DNA of 64,000 bases from an uncultured cyanobacterium (GCA_963710605.1 CAVQBA010000004.1:480001-544000), one strand, 5' to 3'; shown: positions 1 to 11,272, counted from the first letter of the stretch. The notes: generated by a model from the sequence alone, not told the origin. Numbers and translations: made by a program.

Positions 1-235
1 TCCATTCATCAATAGACATAATATTAACGATCGTTCCTCCCATCATGCTAATCCGTTTCATCTCTTGATTCATCCGAGAATAAGGAACTTTGAGAAAAAT
101 ATTGTTACTACTACGAAAAGGATAGTTATTATTATCGTTTTCATCGTTTTGTCTGAATCCTTTTACTTCATACACAAAAACACGATTTGTTGATGCTGAG
201 CCAGCACCCGAACTGATGACAGATTTACCTAACAT
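1..235 (-). CDS. cpcD: Phycocyanin rod-capping linker CpcD (3' end runs off window)
   Basis: Own translation from ATG at 235: MLGKSVISSGAGSASTNRVFVYEVKGFRQ...LKVPYSRMNQEMKRISMMGGTIVNI; AGGAGGA RBS; last gene of cpc operon. Confidence 0.92.
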   Translation of the reverse strand, partial: MLGKSVISSGAGSASTNRVFVYEVKGFRQNDENDNNNYPFRSSNNIFLKVPYSRMNQEMKRISMMGGTIVNIMSIDEW

Positions 236-267
236 CTGTTTTATTCCTCCTAAAAATACGTTTATTG

Positions 268-1129
268 TTATGCTAAAGTTATACTGGCAACCTTACCGCC
301 CATTTTTTGAATCTTTTGCAAGGTTGTAGAAAGTTGATCGTAAGGAACTAACCAAGCTTTATTAACTCGAAGTACTTTAGGATAACGAGGTCGATTCATT
401 GCTGAGACTTCGATCCGATAAATACGACCTTCTTGGGTAGAATTTCTAAAAGTTTGATTAGGTGTTACTTTACGAGTAGAAGGTTGATATCCCCAACCTT
501 GTCCGCCTCCAGAAGGAGCAATAACTGCGGATGCACTATTACGCCCTAAGTCTTTGGCTAAGCGAGATTTACTCCCAGCAACTTGAGATTCGATCGCTAT
601 TAGCATAACCTCTGTACAATTGAAACATCCGAGTAAAACCAACAGTTTTTTGGTCAGTTTGAGTCGAAAATCCTCGGTAATAAGGAACGATATTATCACC
701 AAAATTATTTTCATATTCAGCTGAATCAAGATAAGAATCAATATCAGCGTCAAAACCTTTATTTTGGTAAAGATCAAGATGATAAATTACTTCTGATTCA
801 TCATAAGCCGCACGACCGAGTAAATGTTTTAAATTCAGCTCAATTACACGGGTTTGAAAATTGTCATACAAAAATTTTGATTTATATAACTCTGATTTTG
901 CCACAGCTCGGACAAAATCTCTGACTGTAATCGAACCATTACATAACAAAGATTCTTCGCCTTTTAGACGTTCAGAAGTCATAATGTAATCGTTACCTAT
1001 CACCTGTCGATAAACTGCTTTGATTACTAACCTTGCTTCTTCTTTACTCCAATTAGAGCGTAATTCAAGAGGTTGCATATCGCTAAAAGCTGACACTCCT
1101 AGTCGAGATGCGGCTGATGTAATTGCCAC
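268..1129 (-). CDS. cpcC: Phycocyanin rod linker CpcC1 (~286 aa), split in this sequence by a +1 frameshift at ~589
   Basis: ORF 569..1129 gives the linker N-domain; the distal part of ORF 268..777 gives the CpcD-like C-domain; the span is 861+1 bp and removing one base gives [16 protein letters not shown]. Confidence 0.9.
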
Positions 1130-1373
1130 TTTTAGTTTTCTCCTATTTATTTGTTAATTGTTTAAAACAAAACTAAATGAATTGATGAGCATAGCAACTA
1201 ATAAGTTATTTAAGACTTTGTCACCTCCCGAATTCCGACTGGCATCTCCAAATCCCCTTAGTCCCCCCTTAGAAATGGGGGAAAGAGACAGGGAAACAGA
1301 TAAGGAAAAAGAGCAAAATGTCTTAATCTACTAGTTTTGTGCTATGCAAGTTCATTTAGCGTTCCAAGTCAGT

Positions 1374-2192
1374 TTAGGCATCAGTTATGCTTAAAACCTG
1401 ACAGTTGCTTTTATTTATTTTTTGTAACGTTACTGAAAGTCGGTCATAAGGAACAACATACTCTTTGACACTACGTCTGAGTTGAGTGTTACCCATTTTG
1501 CCTCTTTGAATAACTCGTATTTTATACAACTGACCTTGTTGATCAATTGTTGTACCAGCAAGCTCTTTACCCATATTGGGTGTGTTGACAGGAGTAGCTG
1601 TATTACGGGCTAAATCGTAAGTTAGGCGAGGAGTGCCACTATTTCCTTGAGCTCGATCGCTATTGGCATAACCTCTATATAATTGAAACATACGGGTAAA
1701 GCCAACGGTTTTTTGTCCTCTTTGGGTTGAAAAACCACGATAATAAGGAACTATATTGTCACCAAAGTTTTGCGTATATTCATCTGAATCAATATATGAA
1801 TCAATATCAGCAGAAAATCCTTGATTTTGATAGGTATCAAGATGTTCAATAATTTCTGATTCATCATAAGGCGCTCGACCAAGTAAATGTTTGATATTTA
1901 ATTCGATCGTGCGAGGATGATAATTAGGATAGAAAAATTTGACTTTATATAATTCAGATTTAGCAACTGCTCTGACGAACTCACGTACGCAAATAGAACC
2001 ATTACATAATAAAGATTCGGCACTAGACAAACGCTCTGATTTCATCAAATGTTCATTTCCTAGTACTTGCCGATAAACAGCTCTGATTGCTATTTGGGCA
2101 TCTTCTAGAGTCCAATTAAAACGAAGTTCAACAGGGCTAGTATCACTAAAAGCAGATGTTCCTAAATTAGATGCTGTTGTGGTGATTGCCAT
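1374..2192 (-). CDS. cpcC2: Phycocyanin rod linker CpcC2
   Basis: [27 protein letters not shown] linker motifs; position after cpcA. Confidence 0.88.
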   Translation of the reverse strand: MAITTTASNLGTSAFSDTSPVELRFNWTLEDAQIAIRAVYRQVLGNEHLMKSERLSSAESLLCNGSICVREFVRAVAKSELYKVKFFYPNYHPRTIELNIKHLLGRAPYDESEIIEHLDTYQNQGFSADIDSYIDSDEYTQNFGDNIVPYYRGFSTQRGQKTVGFTRMFQLYRGYANSDRAQGNSGTPRLTYDLARNTATPVNTPNMGKELAGTTIDQQGQLYKIRVIQRGKMGNTQLRRSVKEYVVPYDRLSVTLQKINKSNCQVLSITDA

Positions 2193-2245
2193 TAAACAAT
2201 GCTCCTAATTTTGATAAGTTTTGATAAAAAATTTTTGTTAAAGTA

Positions 2246-2316
2246 TTGCTGGGAATAATAACTAACCTCATTAGTCTAATTAGCTCCAGACTAGGGCTGG
2301 TTGCCATTCCCAACAA
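2246..2316 (-). terminator. Long imperfect stem-loop between cpcA and cpcC2 (probable partial terminator/RNA stabiliser)
   Basis: TTGCTGGGAAT...ATTCCCAACAA arms with inner TAGTCT/AGACTA pairing, just downstream of the cpcA stop. Confidence 0.55.
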
Positions 2317-2333
2317 ATTATTATAATTAAGGC

Positions 2334-2822
2334 TTAGCTTAAGGCATTGATCGCATAATCAATATAAGAATTAGCTTCTACTGCTGGATCTCCACTTAGT
2401 CCATGATTTGATTTAATATGCTTTAGTGCTTCTATATACCAACTAGGAGAAAGTTCAAATGTTCTGTTAATTTCATCGATACCAGAAATTAAATACTCAT
2501 CCATGGGGCCTGTACCACCAGCAACTAAGCAATAAGTAATCATACGAAGATAGTAACCGATATCTCTGGCACACTTATCTTTACCACGTTGATCGGCGGC
2601 GTAATTATCTCCTTTCATTTGGGTGGTGTAAGGAAATTTTTTATACACAGCTTTAGCGGCACCATTGGTTAAACTGTCTGCATTTTTAGTTAAAGATTGA
2701 GCGGCTTCTAAACCTGATGTTGCTTGACGAAAACGTCCAAAAGCTACTTGAATTTCGGTACTACTTAAAAAGCGTCCTTGGGAATCTGCTGTTGATAATG
2801 CTTCAGTTAAAGGGGTTTTCAT
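2334..2822 (-). CDS. cpcA: C-phycocyanin alpha subunit
   Basis: MKTPLTEA...[19 protein letters not shown] chromophore Cys motif, 162 aa. Confidence 0.99.
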   Translation of the reverse strand: MKTPLTEALSTADSQGRFLSSTEIQVAFGRFRQATSGLEAAQSLTKNADSLTNGAAKAVYKKFPYTTQMKGDNYAADQRGKDKCARDIGYYLRMITYCLVAGGTGPMDEYLISGIDEINRTFELSPSWYIEALKHIKSNHGLSGDPAVEANSYIDYAINALS

Positions 2823-2930
2823 TGTTTTAATTGCTTTTGATATTTGATAAAGTTTTTGAAGGTTGGGAGAATGTAAAAGCTAATTTTTGCTATTTATCTA
2901 CATTCATAGTCTATTTGTTAATTAAAAATA

Positions 2931-3449
2931 TTAGCCAACTGCTGATGCGGCACGATCGAAGTAGGTTGCAACTTCAGCCATTAAAGAACTACAATCACCA
3001 TCAGTAACATTGTTTTTATCGTTAGCAATTGAGATGGCGGCATCTTTCATTTTGTTAACACCGACTGCAACAGAAGAGCCGGGTGTACCTAAAGCTAAAT
3101 AGGTTTCACGAAGTCCATTTAAACAACGATCTTCTAAAACACTAGCGTCACCGCTGAAAATAGCATAGGTAACATAACGCAAAATAATTTCCATATCACG
3201 CAAACAAGCTGCCATACGACGACTGGTATAAGCATTTCCACCAGGAGCAATTAGTTGAGGTTGCTCAGCAAATAAAGAACGTGCCGCATTAGTTACAATC
3301 GCAGAAGCATTGCTGGTAATACGATTAACTGTATCCATGCGTTTATTGCTATCGCTAACCATTTGACTTAAAGCATCGATTTGGGAAGTAGTTAAAAATT
3401 CACCACGAGCATCAGCCTGAGATACAACTCTAGTAAAAGCGTCAAACAT
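2931..3449 (-). CDS. cpcB: C-phycocyanin beta subunit
   Basis: [29 protein letters not shown], 172 aa. Confidence 0.99.
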   Translation of the reverse strand: MFDAFTRVVSQADARGEFLTTSQIDALSQMVSDSNKRMDTVNRITSNASAIVTNAARSLFAEQPQLIAPGGNAYTSRRMAACLRDMEIILRYVTYAIFSGDASVLEDRCLNGLRETYLALGTPGSSVAVGVNKMKDAAISIANDKNNVTDGDCSSLMAEVATYFDRAASAVG

Positions 3450-3776
3450 ATAAGATTTCTCCTTGATTTAAAATTTAGTTTTTAAAACTGAACCCTAACT
3501 AGTTTATTTATTACTAAAGAGTTGGTAAAACGGAGAGCTTAATGTTTTACTGTCTCAATTAACTAAAAAATTAGCTTTCTTTCTAGTAGTAATACCGAGT
3601 TAGGAATTCAGTGGCTTTGGACCTGACTATTATTCAACCAAAACTACTGTGCAATTTTCGTGCAATTTTTAAGCAAATTAGTAAAGTTTTATTGCTTTTT
3701 ATCACAAACAATCAACAACTATAGCAAAAAACACCTCGATCGAGTTCTTCAGTCTCCTGCACCCCTTTTGTAAGGG

Positions 3777-3964
3777 CAGGACTGATTCATGTCTTATTTC
3801 TATAATTTCTATACCTAAGAAATAGCAATAAATGTAGTTGTTTTTTTCGCTTTCGTAAAAAGACAAGATAACCAAATAGCTCGATCGTCTATGTAGTAAT
3901 AGCTTCTAGCTATTTATTCTGAGCAGATAGCTATTTTCTTCTTCCTTTGAATGAAACAGCCCTG
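3777..3964. mobile_element. MITE-like dispersed element (CAGG(A/G)CTGATTCAT...GAATG(A/T)AACAGC); second copy at ~44273-44415
   Basis: Imperfect terminal inverted repeats and shared TGTAGTAATAGCTTCTAGCTATTT...CTTCTTCCTTTGAATG block in both copies. Confidence 0.55.
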
Positions 3965-4068
3965 TTTTTCTAAGGGGGGACTAAGGGGAATCGGGGAGAT
4001 ACAGGCAGAAGGGGTAAAAGAGGGGTTAGGGGTGGTTAAACGTCTGTGACTGAATCAACAACTATCAA

Positions 4069-5889
4069 TTATGAACAAGTGCCTAAAGGATTTAATTCAC
4101 TTTCGTCACAAAGACAAACAACTCCGGGGGGGCAATCTTCTTTTTTAGGTTCAGGTTGAAGTATTATTTCGGGTAACTGATTACTATTATCAGGAGTAAT
4201 TGGTTGTATATTTACATTTCCCTGATCTTTTAAACACTTTTCAGCTTTATCAACTATTTTTTTGGCTTGTAATAACCAATAATCAGTGCCATATATTTGA
4301 CTCGCAGTTTTAATTGCCGCACTACAATATTCGTATTCTAAATCTTGATTAGCTTGATTAAGTAAACTTGTATTTTTTTGATGTTCTTCTTGCCATTGAC
4401 TCAGGTTAATTAATGCCGCTTCTTTTATTTTATTAGGGGGAATGGTATCTATTTTTTCTAATGCTTCTTCAAGATTACCATCTATTTTGTAAGAGCTTTT
4501 TGCTTTTTCAAAAATTTTTTTGCTCCAATCTTCTGTTTGTATTTGAACTTGGGTATAGTATTCATACTCTTGAGAAATAGGGGCGAGTATTTCTAAGGCT
4601 TCGTCATATCTTGTAAGTCGTGCTTTTTGTTTCGCTTCTTCAAAACGACAAAGTCCGATATATTCAGTTAAAACTTTATTCGGAATGACATTATTTTCTT
4701 CTTCTTTTGAGTCTTCTGCTGACTCATAACATTGAGTATAAGCTTTTTGATCGTATTTATTTTTTAAAGTATTGATGCCTTCTTCTTTTCGCTCAGCAGT
4801 ACGAGTTATTTCACTTTGATTCATTAAATAAATTCCTCCTGTGGCAACTAAACCGATCGTTAAAGCGGTGGTAACAGTTGAACCGAGGGGAGACTTTAAC
4901 CAATCAAGAACAACGTTTAATTTAGTCACTGGAGCAGGATTATTAGTTAAATTACTATTACTATTACTATTACTAGATGAATTATTATTTGGTTTAATTG
5001 AAGATTGGCTAGTTGTTTGTCTTACTTCTATTTCAGGTGGAGTTAGAAGATGACGATCGTTTTTGATACTTGATGGTTGCTGATAATTTTTTAATGCGGT
5101 TAATACTTCAGGTGCTGATTGATAACGTTTTTTATAACTACCAAGGGTCATTTTGTGCAAAATATTGGCTAATGCAGGATTTATTCCCTGTTGTGAGACA
5201 ATAATTTCTTCGTCATCGTTTTTATCAAAATCAGCGGGTTTTTTTCCTGTTAATGCTTGAATCGCAATAATACCTAAAGCATAAATATCGCTATTTTTAT
5301 AAGGTTTACCATCAAACTGCTCTTTGGGCATATACCAAGGAGTACCAATGGCACTAGTTCGATCGATTAAACGACTTTGATCTAAATTGAATTGTTTAAC
5401 TGCACCAAAATCAATCAAGACTAATTTTTGGTCTGCCACACAACGAATTAGGTTGTCTGGTTTAATATCTCGATGAATAATTCCTTGATTATGAATTACT
5501 TTAAGTATATCTAAACATTCTTGTAATAAATTAATTACCTTTTGTTCTGACCAAGGTTGACCAACAATCAACTCACTTTTAAGAGTCTCACCTTCGATGT
5601 AATCTTGAACTAAAAAAAATTGTCCTTCTTGCTCAAAATAATCAATCAATTTAGGTACTTGAGGATGATTAATTTGTTTAAGAATTTCAGCTTCTTGTTG
5701 AAAAAGTTGTTGAGCTTTCGCCACAAAATTTTGTTGTGCAGACATCAAATATAGTTGTTTGATGACGCACAAAGTTTGAGTTTCACTATTTTTAACTAAA
5801 TAAACATGACCAAAACTACCACTACCGATCGTTTTCACCATTTGATATGGAGAAGGTAAGTTGATTGTATTGGTAGTAGAATTATTCAT
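4069..5889 (-). CDS. Membrane-anchored Hanks-type Ser/Thr protein kinase with extracytoplasmic helical domain
   Basis: GSGSFG, VIK, HRDIKPDN, DFG, GTPWYMPKE; TM around aa 338-356. Confidence 0.93.
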   Translation of the reverse strand: MNNSTTNTINLPSPYQMVKTIGSGSFGHVYLVKNSETQTLCVIKQLYLMSAQQNFVAKAQQLFQQEAEILKQINHPQVPKLIDYFEQEGQFFLVQDYIEGETLKSELIVGQPWSEQKVINLLQECLDILKVIHNQGIIHRDIKPDNLIRCVADQKLVLIDFGAVKQFNLDQSRLIDRTSAIGTPWYMPKEQFDGKPYKNSDIYALGIIAIQALTGKKPADFDKNDDEEIIVSQQGINPALANILHKMTLGSYKKRYQSAPEVLTALKNYQQPSSIKNDRHLLTPPEIEVRQTTSQSSIKPNNNSSSNSNSNSNLTNNPAPVTKLNVVLDWLKSPLGSTVTTALTIGLVATGGIYLMNQSEITRTAERKEEGINTLKNKYDQKAYTQCYESAEDSKEEENNVIPNKVLTEYIGLCRFEEAKQKARLTRYDEALEILAPISQEYEYYTQVQIQTEDWSKKIFEKAKSSYKIDGNLEEALEKIDTIPPNKIKEAALINLSQWQEEHQKNTSLLNQANQDLEYEYCSAAIKTASQIYGTDYWLLQAKKIVDKAEKCLKDQGNVNIQPITPDNSNQLPEIILQPEPKKEDCPPGVVCLCDESELNPLGTCS

Positions 5890-5917
5890 TATTTACTAAT
5901 TATTAAGAGCGTTCTAA

Positions 5918-7069
5918 TTAATCACATAAAACAGGAGGACATTCAATCACCTCCCCCGTTTTAGGTAATGGATCGGGTTTAGGTGGTTGTGGATTTGGTT
6001 GTGGATTTGGACGAGGTTTGGGTACAGGAGGGCTAATCACTGTTGGGGATGAATCCATTAAGGGTGCTTGAGTGAGATATTTTTCCATGTCTAATACTCT
6101 TTGACTTCTTCTTACTGGCATAGTACCAACTTTTACCGCTTGTTGAAATAAATCTTTCATTACATCATCAGGATTATCTTTTGGTTCTAATGTTAATAGT
6201 AATCCTGATGAATTACAGGTGATATTTGAGCCCGGTGATATTTGACCTCCAGAAACACAGATAACGTTATATTTGTAGCCATTATTTCCTGTCATTTTAC
6301 CTGTGGCAATATATCTTAAGTTACCTGTATCAGAAAAGCTTTGAAATCTTTTTGTAACTTCATCGCATCTTTTTTGTGGTGTCCATTGAGATTGGCTACT
6401 TTCAAAGAAACGACTTTCCCAGACAATCAGTTGTATTCTACCTCTAGAAGTATCCACGATCGTCATCGGCTTTCCTTGGTGTTGAATACAGCTATAAACT
6501 CTTTGAGATTTTTGGGCAACGATTTGAGTTGGTGATTTATTTTCTTCTAGTAACGGTGCTTGATCTAAAGTTGATTGAACTGATACGGTGTAATTAGTAG
6601 TTTGTACACTTCTAACCACAGGTGAGCCACCTTTTCTGGTTGCCTTACTAAATAGGTCTTGTAATACTTGATTTGGGTTATCATTTGGTTGTAAAGTCAT
6701 CAACAATCCATCTGACATACATTTATAACCACTACCTGCTGTACGTGTACCTGTACAAATTACAGGTTGATTATTCATTCTTCCTGTAGTGATATATCTT
6801 AAAGTGCCGTTATCGGAAAACTTTTGAAATCTTTTGCTTATTTCTTGACATCTTTTTTGAGGTGTCCATCCCGAATTTTTAAAGTATTGACTTTCCCAGA
6901 CTATTAACTGTATTTTGCCTCTAGAAGTATCAGCGACTGTTTTAGGTTTTCCTTGATGTTGAATACAACTGTAATTTACTTTTCCCTGTGCTTTGACTTG
7001 ACTCAATGAGCTAAAAGAAGTGAATGTCATCAGGATGACTAAAGTTTTTGTTAGTAAAGAAATATTCAT
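5918..7069 (-). CDS. Secreted protein with two tandem COP23-like domains and Pro-rich tail
   Basis: Signal peptide; two copies of W.S..F...WTPQKRC.E...RFQ.FSD.G.LRYI.TG...VIC. Confidence 0.8.
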   Translation of the reverse strand: MNISLLTKTLVILMTFTSFSSLSQVKAQGKVNYSCIQHQGKPKTVADTSRGKIQLIVWESQYFKNSGWTPQKRCQEISKRFQKFSDNGTLRYITTGRMNNQPVICTGTRTAGSGYKCMSDGLLMTLQPNDNPNQVLQDLFSKATRKGGSPVVRSVQTTNYTVSVQSTLDQAPLLEENKSPTQIVAQKSQRVYSCIQHQGKPMTIVDTSRGRIQLIVWESRFFESSQSQWTPQKRCDEVTKRFQSFSDTGNLRYIATGKMTGNNGYKYNVICVSGGQISPGSNITCNSSGLLLTLEPKDNPDDVMKDLFQQAVKVGTMPVRRSQRVLDMEKYLTQAPLMDSSPTVISPPVPKPRPNPQPNPQPPKPDPLPKTGEVIECPPVLCD

Positions 7070-7437
7070 AGTATTTTTACAAAAAGATATTGATTAAATT
7101 CAGTAATGATTGTTAATGTTTAATTACCCGACACGACACAAAAGTTAGGATTACACGTTTAAATTTAATAATTTTACAGCTTATCTATTATTGTTTAAGC
7201 GAGCATAATCTATACCTAATAAATTCAGGTGTTACTGTGCTATGTATATATAGGTTGACATTTTTGTGTCTATGCAAGTTCCTTAAATAATTAACAAATA
7301 AATTTTCCGACTGAATCAAATAGCTAATCTGAACAGAAAAATCATCATTTTCATTCTACAGATAAAACTCACTATTTAACCATACTTATTATTTATTCTT
7401 AAAATTTGTTAACTTTATCTGAACGCTAGTTTTTTTT

Positions 7438-9117
7438 TTAGATTTGCCAAATCATTACACCGCCTTCTTTTAATGTACTTACAAATAAATTTCCTGTTTT
7501 ATTTACAGTAGTTAATTCCCCAATTTTTTCAGGAAAGTTAAAATCAAATATTGCTACATCTTGAGTCCGATCGATTATACTAAGATGATTATCTTGAAAT
7601 ATAGACAATATTAATTTTCCGTCATTACTTAGACTTAAATATTCGATCGCTGATTTACTATCAGTTTTAATTGTTTTTTCTTCTTCCGCAGTTTCTAAAT
7701 TCCAGATTTTAATTGTTTTATCTCCACCACCACTCAACACATATTTATTATCTTGACTCAAACATACACTATTCACGGCTAATTTATGACCTGAAAAACT
7801 ATTTATTTCGGTTTGTTTTTCTACATCCCAAATTTTAATTGTTTTGTCACTTCCACTACTTGCGACTATCTTACCGTCATTACTAATAGCTAAAGTATTA
7901 ATCGCTTGTTTATGCCCTGATAGACTAGCTATTTCGGTTTGATTTTCTATTTGCCAAAGTTTGATTGTTTTATCACTACCACTACTGATTAAAGTTTTAC
8001 TATCATCACTAAAAGTTAAACTATTAATTGACATTCTATGAGCTTTATTTATCGTTACTATTTCTTTTTTGTTTTGCCAATCCCATAGTTGAATACTTTT
8101 ATCTTTTAAAGCGATCGCTAAAACTTGATTTTGAGAATTTAAAGCTAAACATTCAATATTTTGGCTATCTATATCTAAGGTTGCAACTTCTTTAATTTGA
8201 ATTATATCCCATACTTTTTTTGTATTAGTTAATTCAGGAATAGCGATCGAAGATAAATCAATTTGTGGTTTATTTTCTGCTTCTTCTTCGGTTACTTTAT
8301 TATCTGTTTTTTTCGATTCTCTTCTTTGATTTCTTTTCGTTTTACTTTTAACTTCTTCTTTATTTTTATAGGCTATATCTTTGTTTTCATCTTCCGCTTT
8401 TGTTGTAAGTTTTTCCGAATCATCAGTTACTTTTTCAGATTTACTTTCTTCACTTGCCGATACATCTTTTTCAGCAACAGGAGTAGGTTTATTTTCTGTT
8501 TCTTCTATCGATTCTGAAGGTTGATTATCATCGCTAGTAGATTCTTCCTCTTTTTCTGGTTCGTTTTCTTCGGCAACAGGGGTAGGTTGATTCTCTGTTT
8601 CTTTTTCTGCCTCTTTTACCGATTCTGATTCGTTTTCTTCGGCAACAGGAGTAGGTTGATTTTCTGTTTCTTTTTCTACCGATTCATTTACTTTTGAAGA
8701 AGAAGTTTCCTCTGAGTTTTCTGTTGTTAAATCTACTTGTTTATCTTCAGGAATATCCATTAAAACAGTCGCTTCAAGTGCTTCTGTGATAAACAAAAAT
8801 TCTGGTCCTTTAAAACCTAATGTAATAGTATCTCCTGTTTGTAAAGCATGAGGATGATCAATCTTTTTACTATTAATTAATGTACCGTTAGTTGTACCTT
8901 TATCGACAATTTGCCATAAAATTTGATGATTATTTTCAATTAATTCAATTTGAGCGTGATACCGAGAAACTGTTGGGTATTCACTAGGATTAAGGACAAT
9001 TTGACAATCAGGAGAACGACCAAGTAAAGTTGTTTGTTGAGGTGCTAAAATATAATGTAATTTTTGATCTGAAGTTGGATTTTTTAAGGTTAAACTAGCA
9101 GATGAATAATTTTCCAT
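7438..9117 (-). CDS. FHA domain - acidic repeat linker - WD40 repeat protein
   Basis: LGR...VSRYHA...TNGT FHA motifs; three ETEN(Q/K)PTPVAE repeats; GH....SL..S.DG....SG.DKTIK.W WD40 repeats. Confidence 0.9.
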   Translation of the reverse strand: MENYSSASLTLKNPTSDQKLHYILAPQQTTLLGRSPDCQIVLNPSEYPTVSRYHAQIELIENNHQILWQIVDKGTTNGTLINSKKIDHPHALQTGDTITLGFKGPEFLFITEALEATVLMDIPEDKQVDLTTENSEETSSSKVNESVEKETENQPTPVAEENESESVKEAEKETENQPTPVAEENEPEKEEESTSDDNQPSESIEETENKPTPVAEKDVSASEESKSEKVTDDSEKLTTKAEDENKDIAYKNKEEVKSKTKRNQRRESKKTDNKVTEEEAENKPQIDLSSIAIPELTNTKKVWDIIQIKEVATLDIDSQNIECLALNSQNQVLAIALKDKSIQLWDWQNKKEIVTINKAHRMSINSLTFSDDSKTLISSGSDKTIKLWQIENQTEIASLSGHKQAINTLAISNDGKIVASSGSDKTIKIWDVEKQTEINSFSGHKLAVNSVCLSQDNKYVLSGGGDKTIKIWNLETAEEEKTIKTDSKSAIEYLSLSNDGKLILSIFQDNHLSIIDRTQDVAIFDFNFPEKIGELTTVNKTGNLFVSTLKEGGVMIWQI

Positions 9118-9154
9118 GATTTTTAAATTTTTAATAGTTGGTTATATGAACAGT

Positions 9155-9260
9155 TATAGTAGTTTCAAATAAAAACTAAACGTTTAAATTACCTCAAATA
9201 CAGATAAAACGATCGTCTATGGATAAATTTGATCTACCGAACTTATTTGAATTGACTATA
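9155..9260. mobile_element. Short MITE-like element
   Basis: Ends TATAGTAGTTTCAAATAA / TTATTTGAATTGACTATA, related to the ends of the ~160-bp family. Confidence 0.55.
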
Positions 9261-9349
9261 ATTTAAACATAAAACGATCGATGCGTTAAAAATTTAGATA
9301 GTCCCAAGGATAAAAATAAAAAGTATTAATTATAAATTATATTCTATAT

Positions 9350-11113
9350 TTATTCAGGACATAATGGACCTGGACAAACTTCCACCACACCATCTGTTAT
9401 TGTCGGAGTAGTCAAATCATTTTCTGTTTGCAGATTAGGGCATTTAGAAATCAAATCTAACGCCTGCTTTTTCCATACGCTACTTTCAGGAATACTTTCT
9501 AATCTCTGATTAGCTTGTGCAATATCACCTCCATTTTCACAAATTATTTTAGCTTCTTTTAACAGTTGTTCTGACCAATCATCGATAAATTTTCTGGCAC
9601 GAGTATAGTTAGGTGATTTATTATTTACTTTCACTGCTATAGTAATCGCCTCGGCGAAGTTTCTTGCTAATGCTTGTGATTCGGCTAAACCTAACCAGCA
9701 TTTACCTAAAAATTCTTGTGTCAAACTATCAGCTATGGCTAAAGATTGAGTTTCGGTAGAATTAATTAAGCTGATACAATTATTAAATTCGTCGTTTTGA
9801 TAATAAGTTTCAATTTGACTAATTAAGTTTTCAACTTTTTTTTGATAACGATAATTGTTATAAATACTAACTCCTAAAATGGTCATAAAGATTAAAATAA
9901 CGATCGTGATTATTCCTTTAGTTGTTTTGATTTGACTACTTAAGTTATTAATAAAAGTTAACTTATTGTTTGCTCTATTTTCTTCATTTTCAGGTGTAGA
10001 AATATTCTGCTCGCTCGTCGTATTATTATTTGTTAAAGTAGGTATTTCTGAGTTATTAGTTATTGCTTGATCAGAAGTATTTTCTAAGTTATTAGTTTGT
10101 TGATTATCTTCGGTCTTTTTTTCTTGAGGTATAGTTTCTGGGGTAACTATTTGCGTAGCATCTAAAATTAATGGAGGTGTATTTTTTTCTGGTTGAGGTG
10201 CTTGTTTTTCTTCTTCGACTATTTTGTCTTCTTCTGTTTCAAAGGTAATTATTTGTGTACGGGTATAATCAGTTTCAGTCGCCAAAATCTGCTTATTTTC
10301 TAATTGAGGGAAAGATTGATTAATTGTATCTAAAATCTCGGCTACATTTTGATAACGTAAACGATTTTTACGGTGAGTCATTTTATCGATTATATTCACA
10401 AATCGATCGCTAAAATTTTGATTTTGACTTTGATTCCAATTCCAAGTACCCGAATCGTTTTCTTCTAAACTAGAAACATTTACACCAATTATTGAAGTGA
10501 TAATTACCATTCCTAAGGCATATATATCAGTACTAAATGTGGCTTTTCCTTTAAGTTGATCTTGAGTAATATATCTAGTATCTTCAAATGATATAGTTGC
10601 CATTGAAGAAGAATATAAATCGGTAGTTACTTTACCATAGTTATTAAAAATAATCTGTTGATTAGTATTAGTTAAAGTTAGGTTTTGTGGTTTAATCATT
10701 TGATGAATTAAACCTCGATCGTGAATTAATTTTAAAGCTAATAATAAGTTTTTAAGTTGCTTTATAATTTCTATTTCTGTTTGATTATCAGCATTATTTA
10801 TTTTAGTTTTTAAACTTTCTCCCGCTATTTTTTCATAAACTAAATCGATCGTATTTTCTGCTTCAATAACTTTAATTAGATTCGTAAAATCTTTGTTTTC
10901 TAATTCTTGACTAGATAACGACTTTATGGTACTAATAGTATCTTGAATTAACTTATTTTCTTCTACCGATCTATTTTTCAAATCAATATGTTGAACCCAA
11001 TATTGCTTAGTTGAATCATCTTTAGTTGTGACTAAATATAATTGCTCAGCTTCAAAATATTCTAAATTTTCGACTATGTTATAAATAGAAGCGATCGAGT
11101 TACTGTTGTTCAT
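9350..11113 (-). CDS. Membrane-anchored Ser/Thr pseudokinase, paralogous in architecture to 4069..5889
   Basis: Kinase-fold remnants (IHQMIKPQNL, DIYALG) but no Gly loop, HRD or DFG; TM around aa 400-418. Confidence 0.8.
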   Translation of the reverse strand: MNNSNSIASIYNIVENLEYFEAEQLYLVTTKDDSTKQYWVQHIDLKNRSVEENKLIQDTISTIKSLSSQELENKDFTNLIKVIEAENTIDLVYEKIAGESLKTKINNADNQTEIEIIKQLKNLLLALKLIHDRGLIHQMIKPQNLTLTNTNQQIIFNNYGKVTTDLYSSSMATISFEDTRYITQDQLKGKATFSTDIYALGMVIITSIIGVNVSSLEENDSGTWNWNQSQNQNFSDRFVNIIDKMTHRKNRLRYQNVAEILDTINQSFPQLENKQILATETDYTRTQIITFETEEDKIVEEEKQAPQPEKNTPPLILDATQIVTPETIPQEKKTEDNQQTNNLENTSDQAITNNSEIPTLTNNNTTSEQNISTPENEENRANNKLTFINNLSSQIKTTKGIITIVILIFMTILGVSIYNNYRYQKKVENLISQIETYYQNDEFNNCISLINSTETQSLAIADSLTQEFLGKCWLGLAESQALARNFAEAITIAVKVNNKSPNYTRARKFIDDWSEQLLKEAKIICENGGDIAQANQRLESIPESSVWKKQALDLISKCPNLQTENDLTTPTITDGVVEVCPGPLCPE

Positions 11114-11272
11114 GATTTATGTAGCAGATAGTTTAGCAATTAACAATTAATAATTAAATATTAATAATTGTTCAGTAAGAGAATTAAGGTGGAAGCGGTG
11201 CATATGTCATATATTCGCTCATAAAATCTCCCCTTAGATACAACAATGGACAATAAATATAATTAACTTCTC

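Noticed and set aside
592-777. N-terminal part of ORF 268..777 ([11 protein letters not shown]...) as a separate membrane protein
   Set aside because: Off-frame reading of cpcC1 upstream of the frameshift
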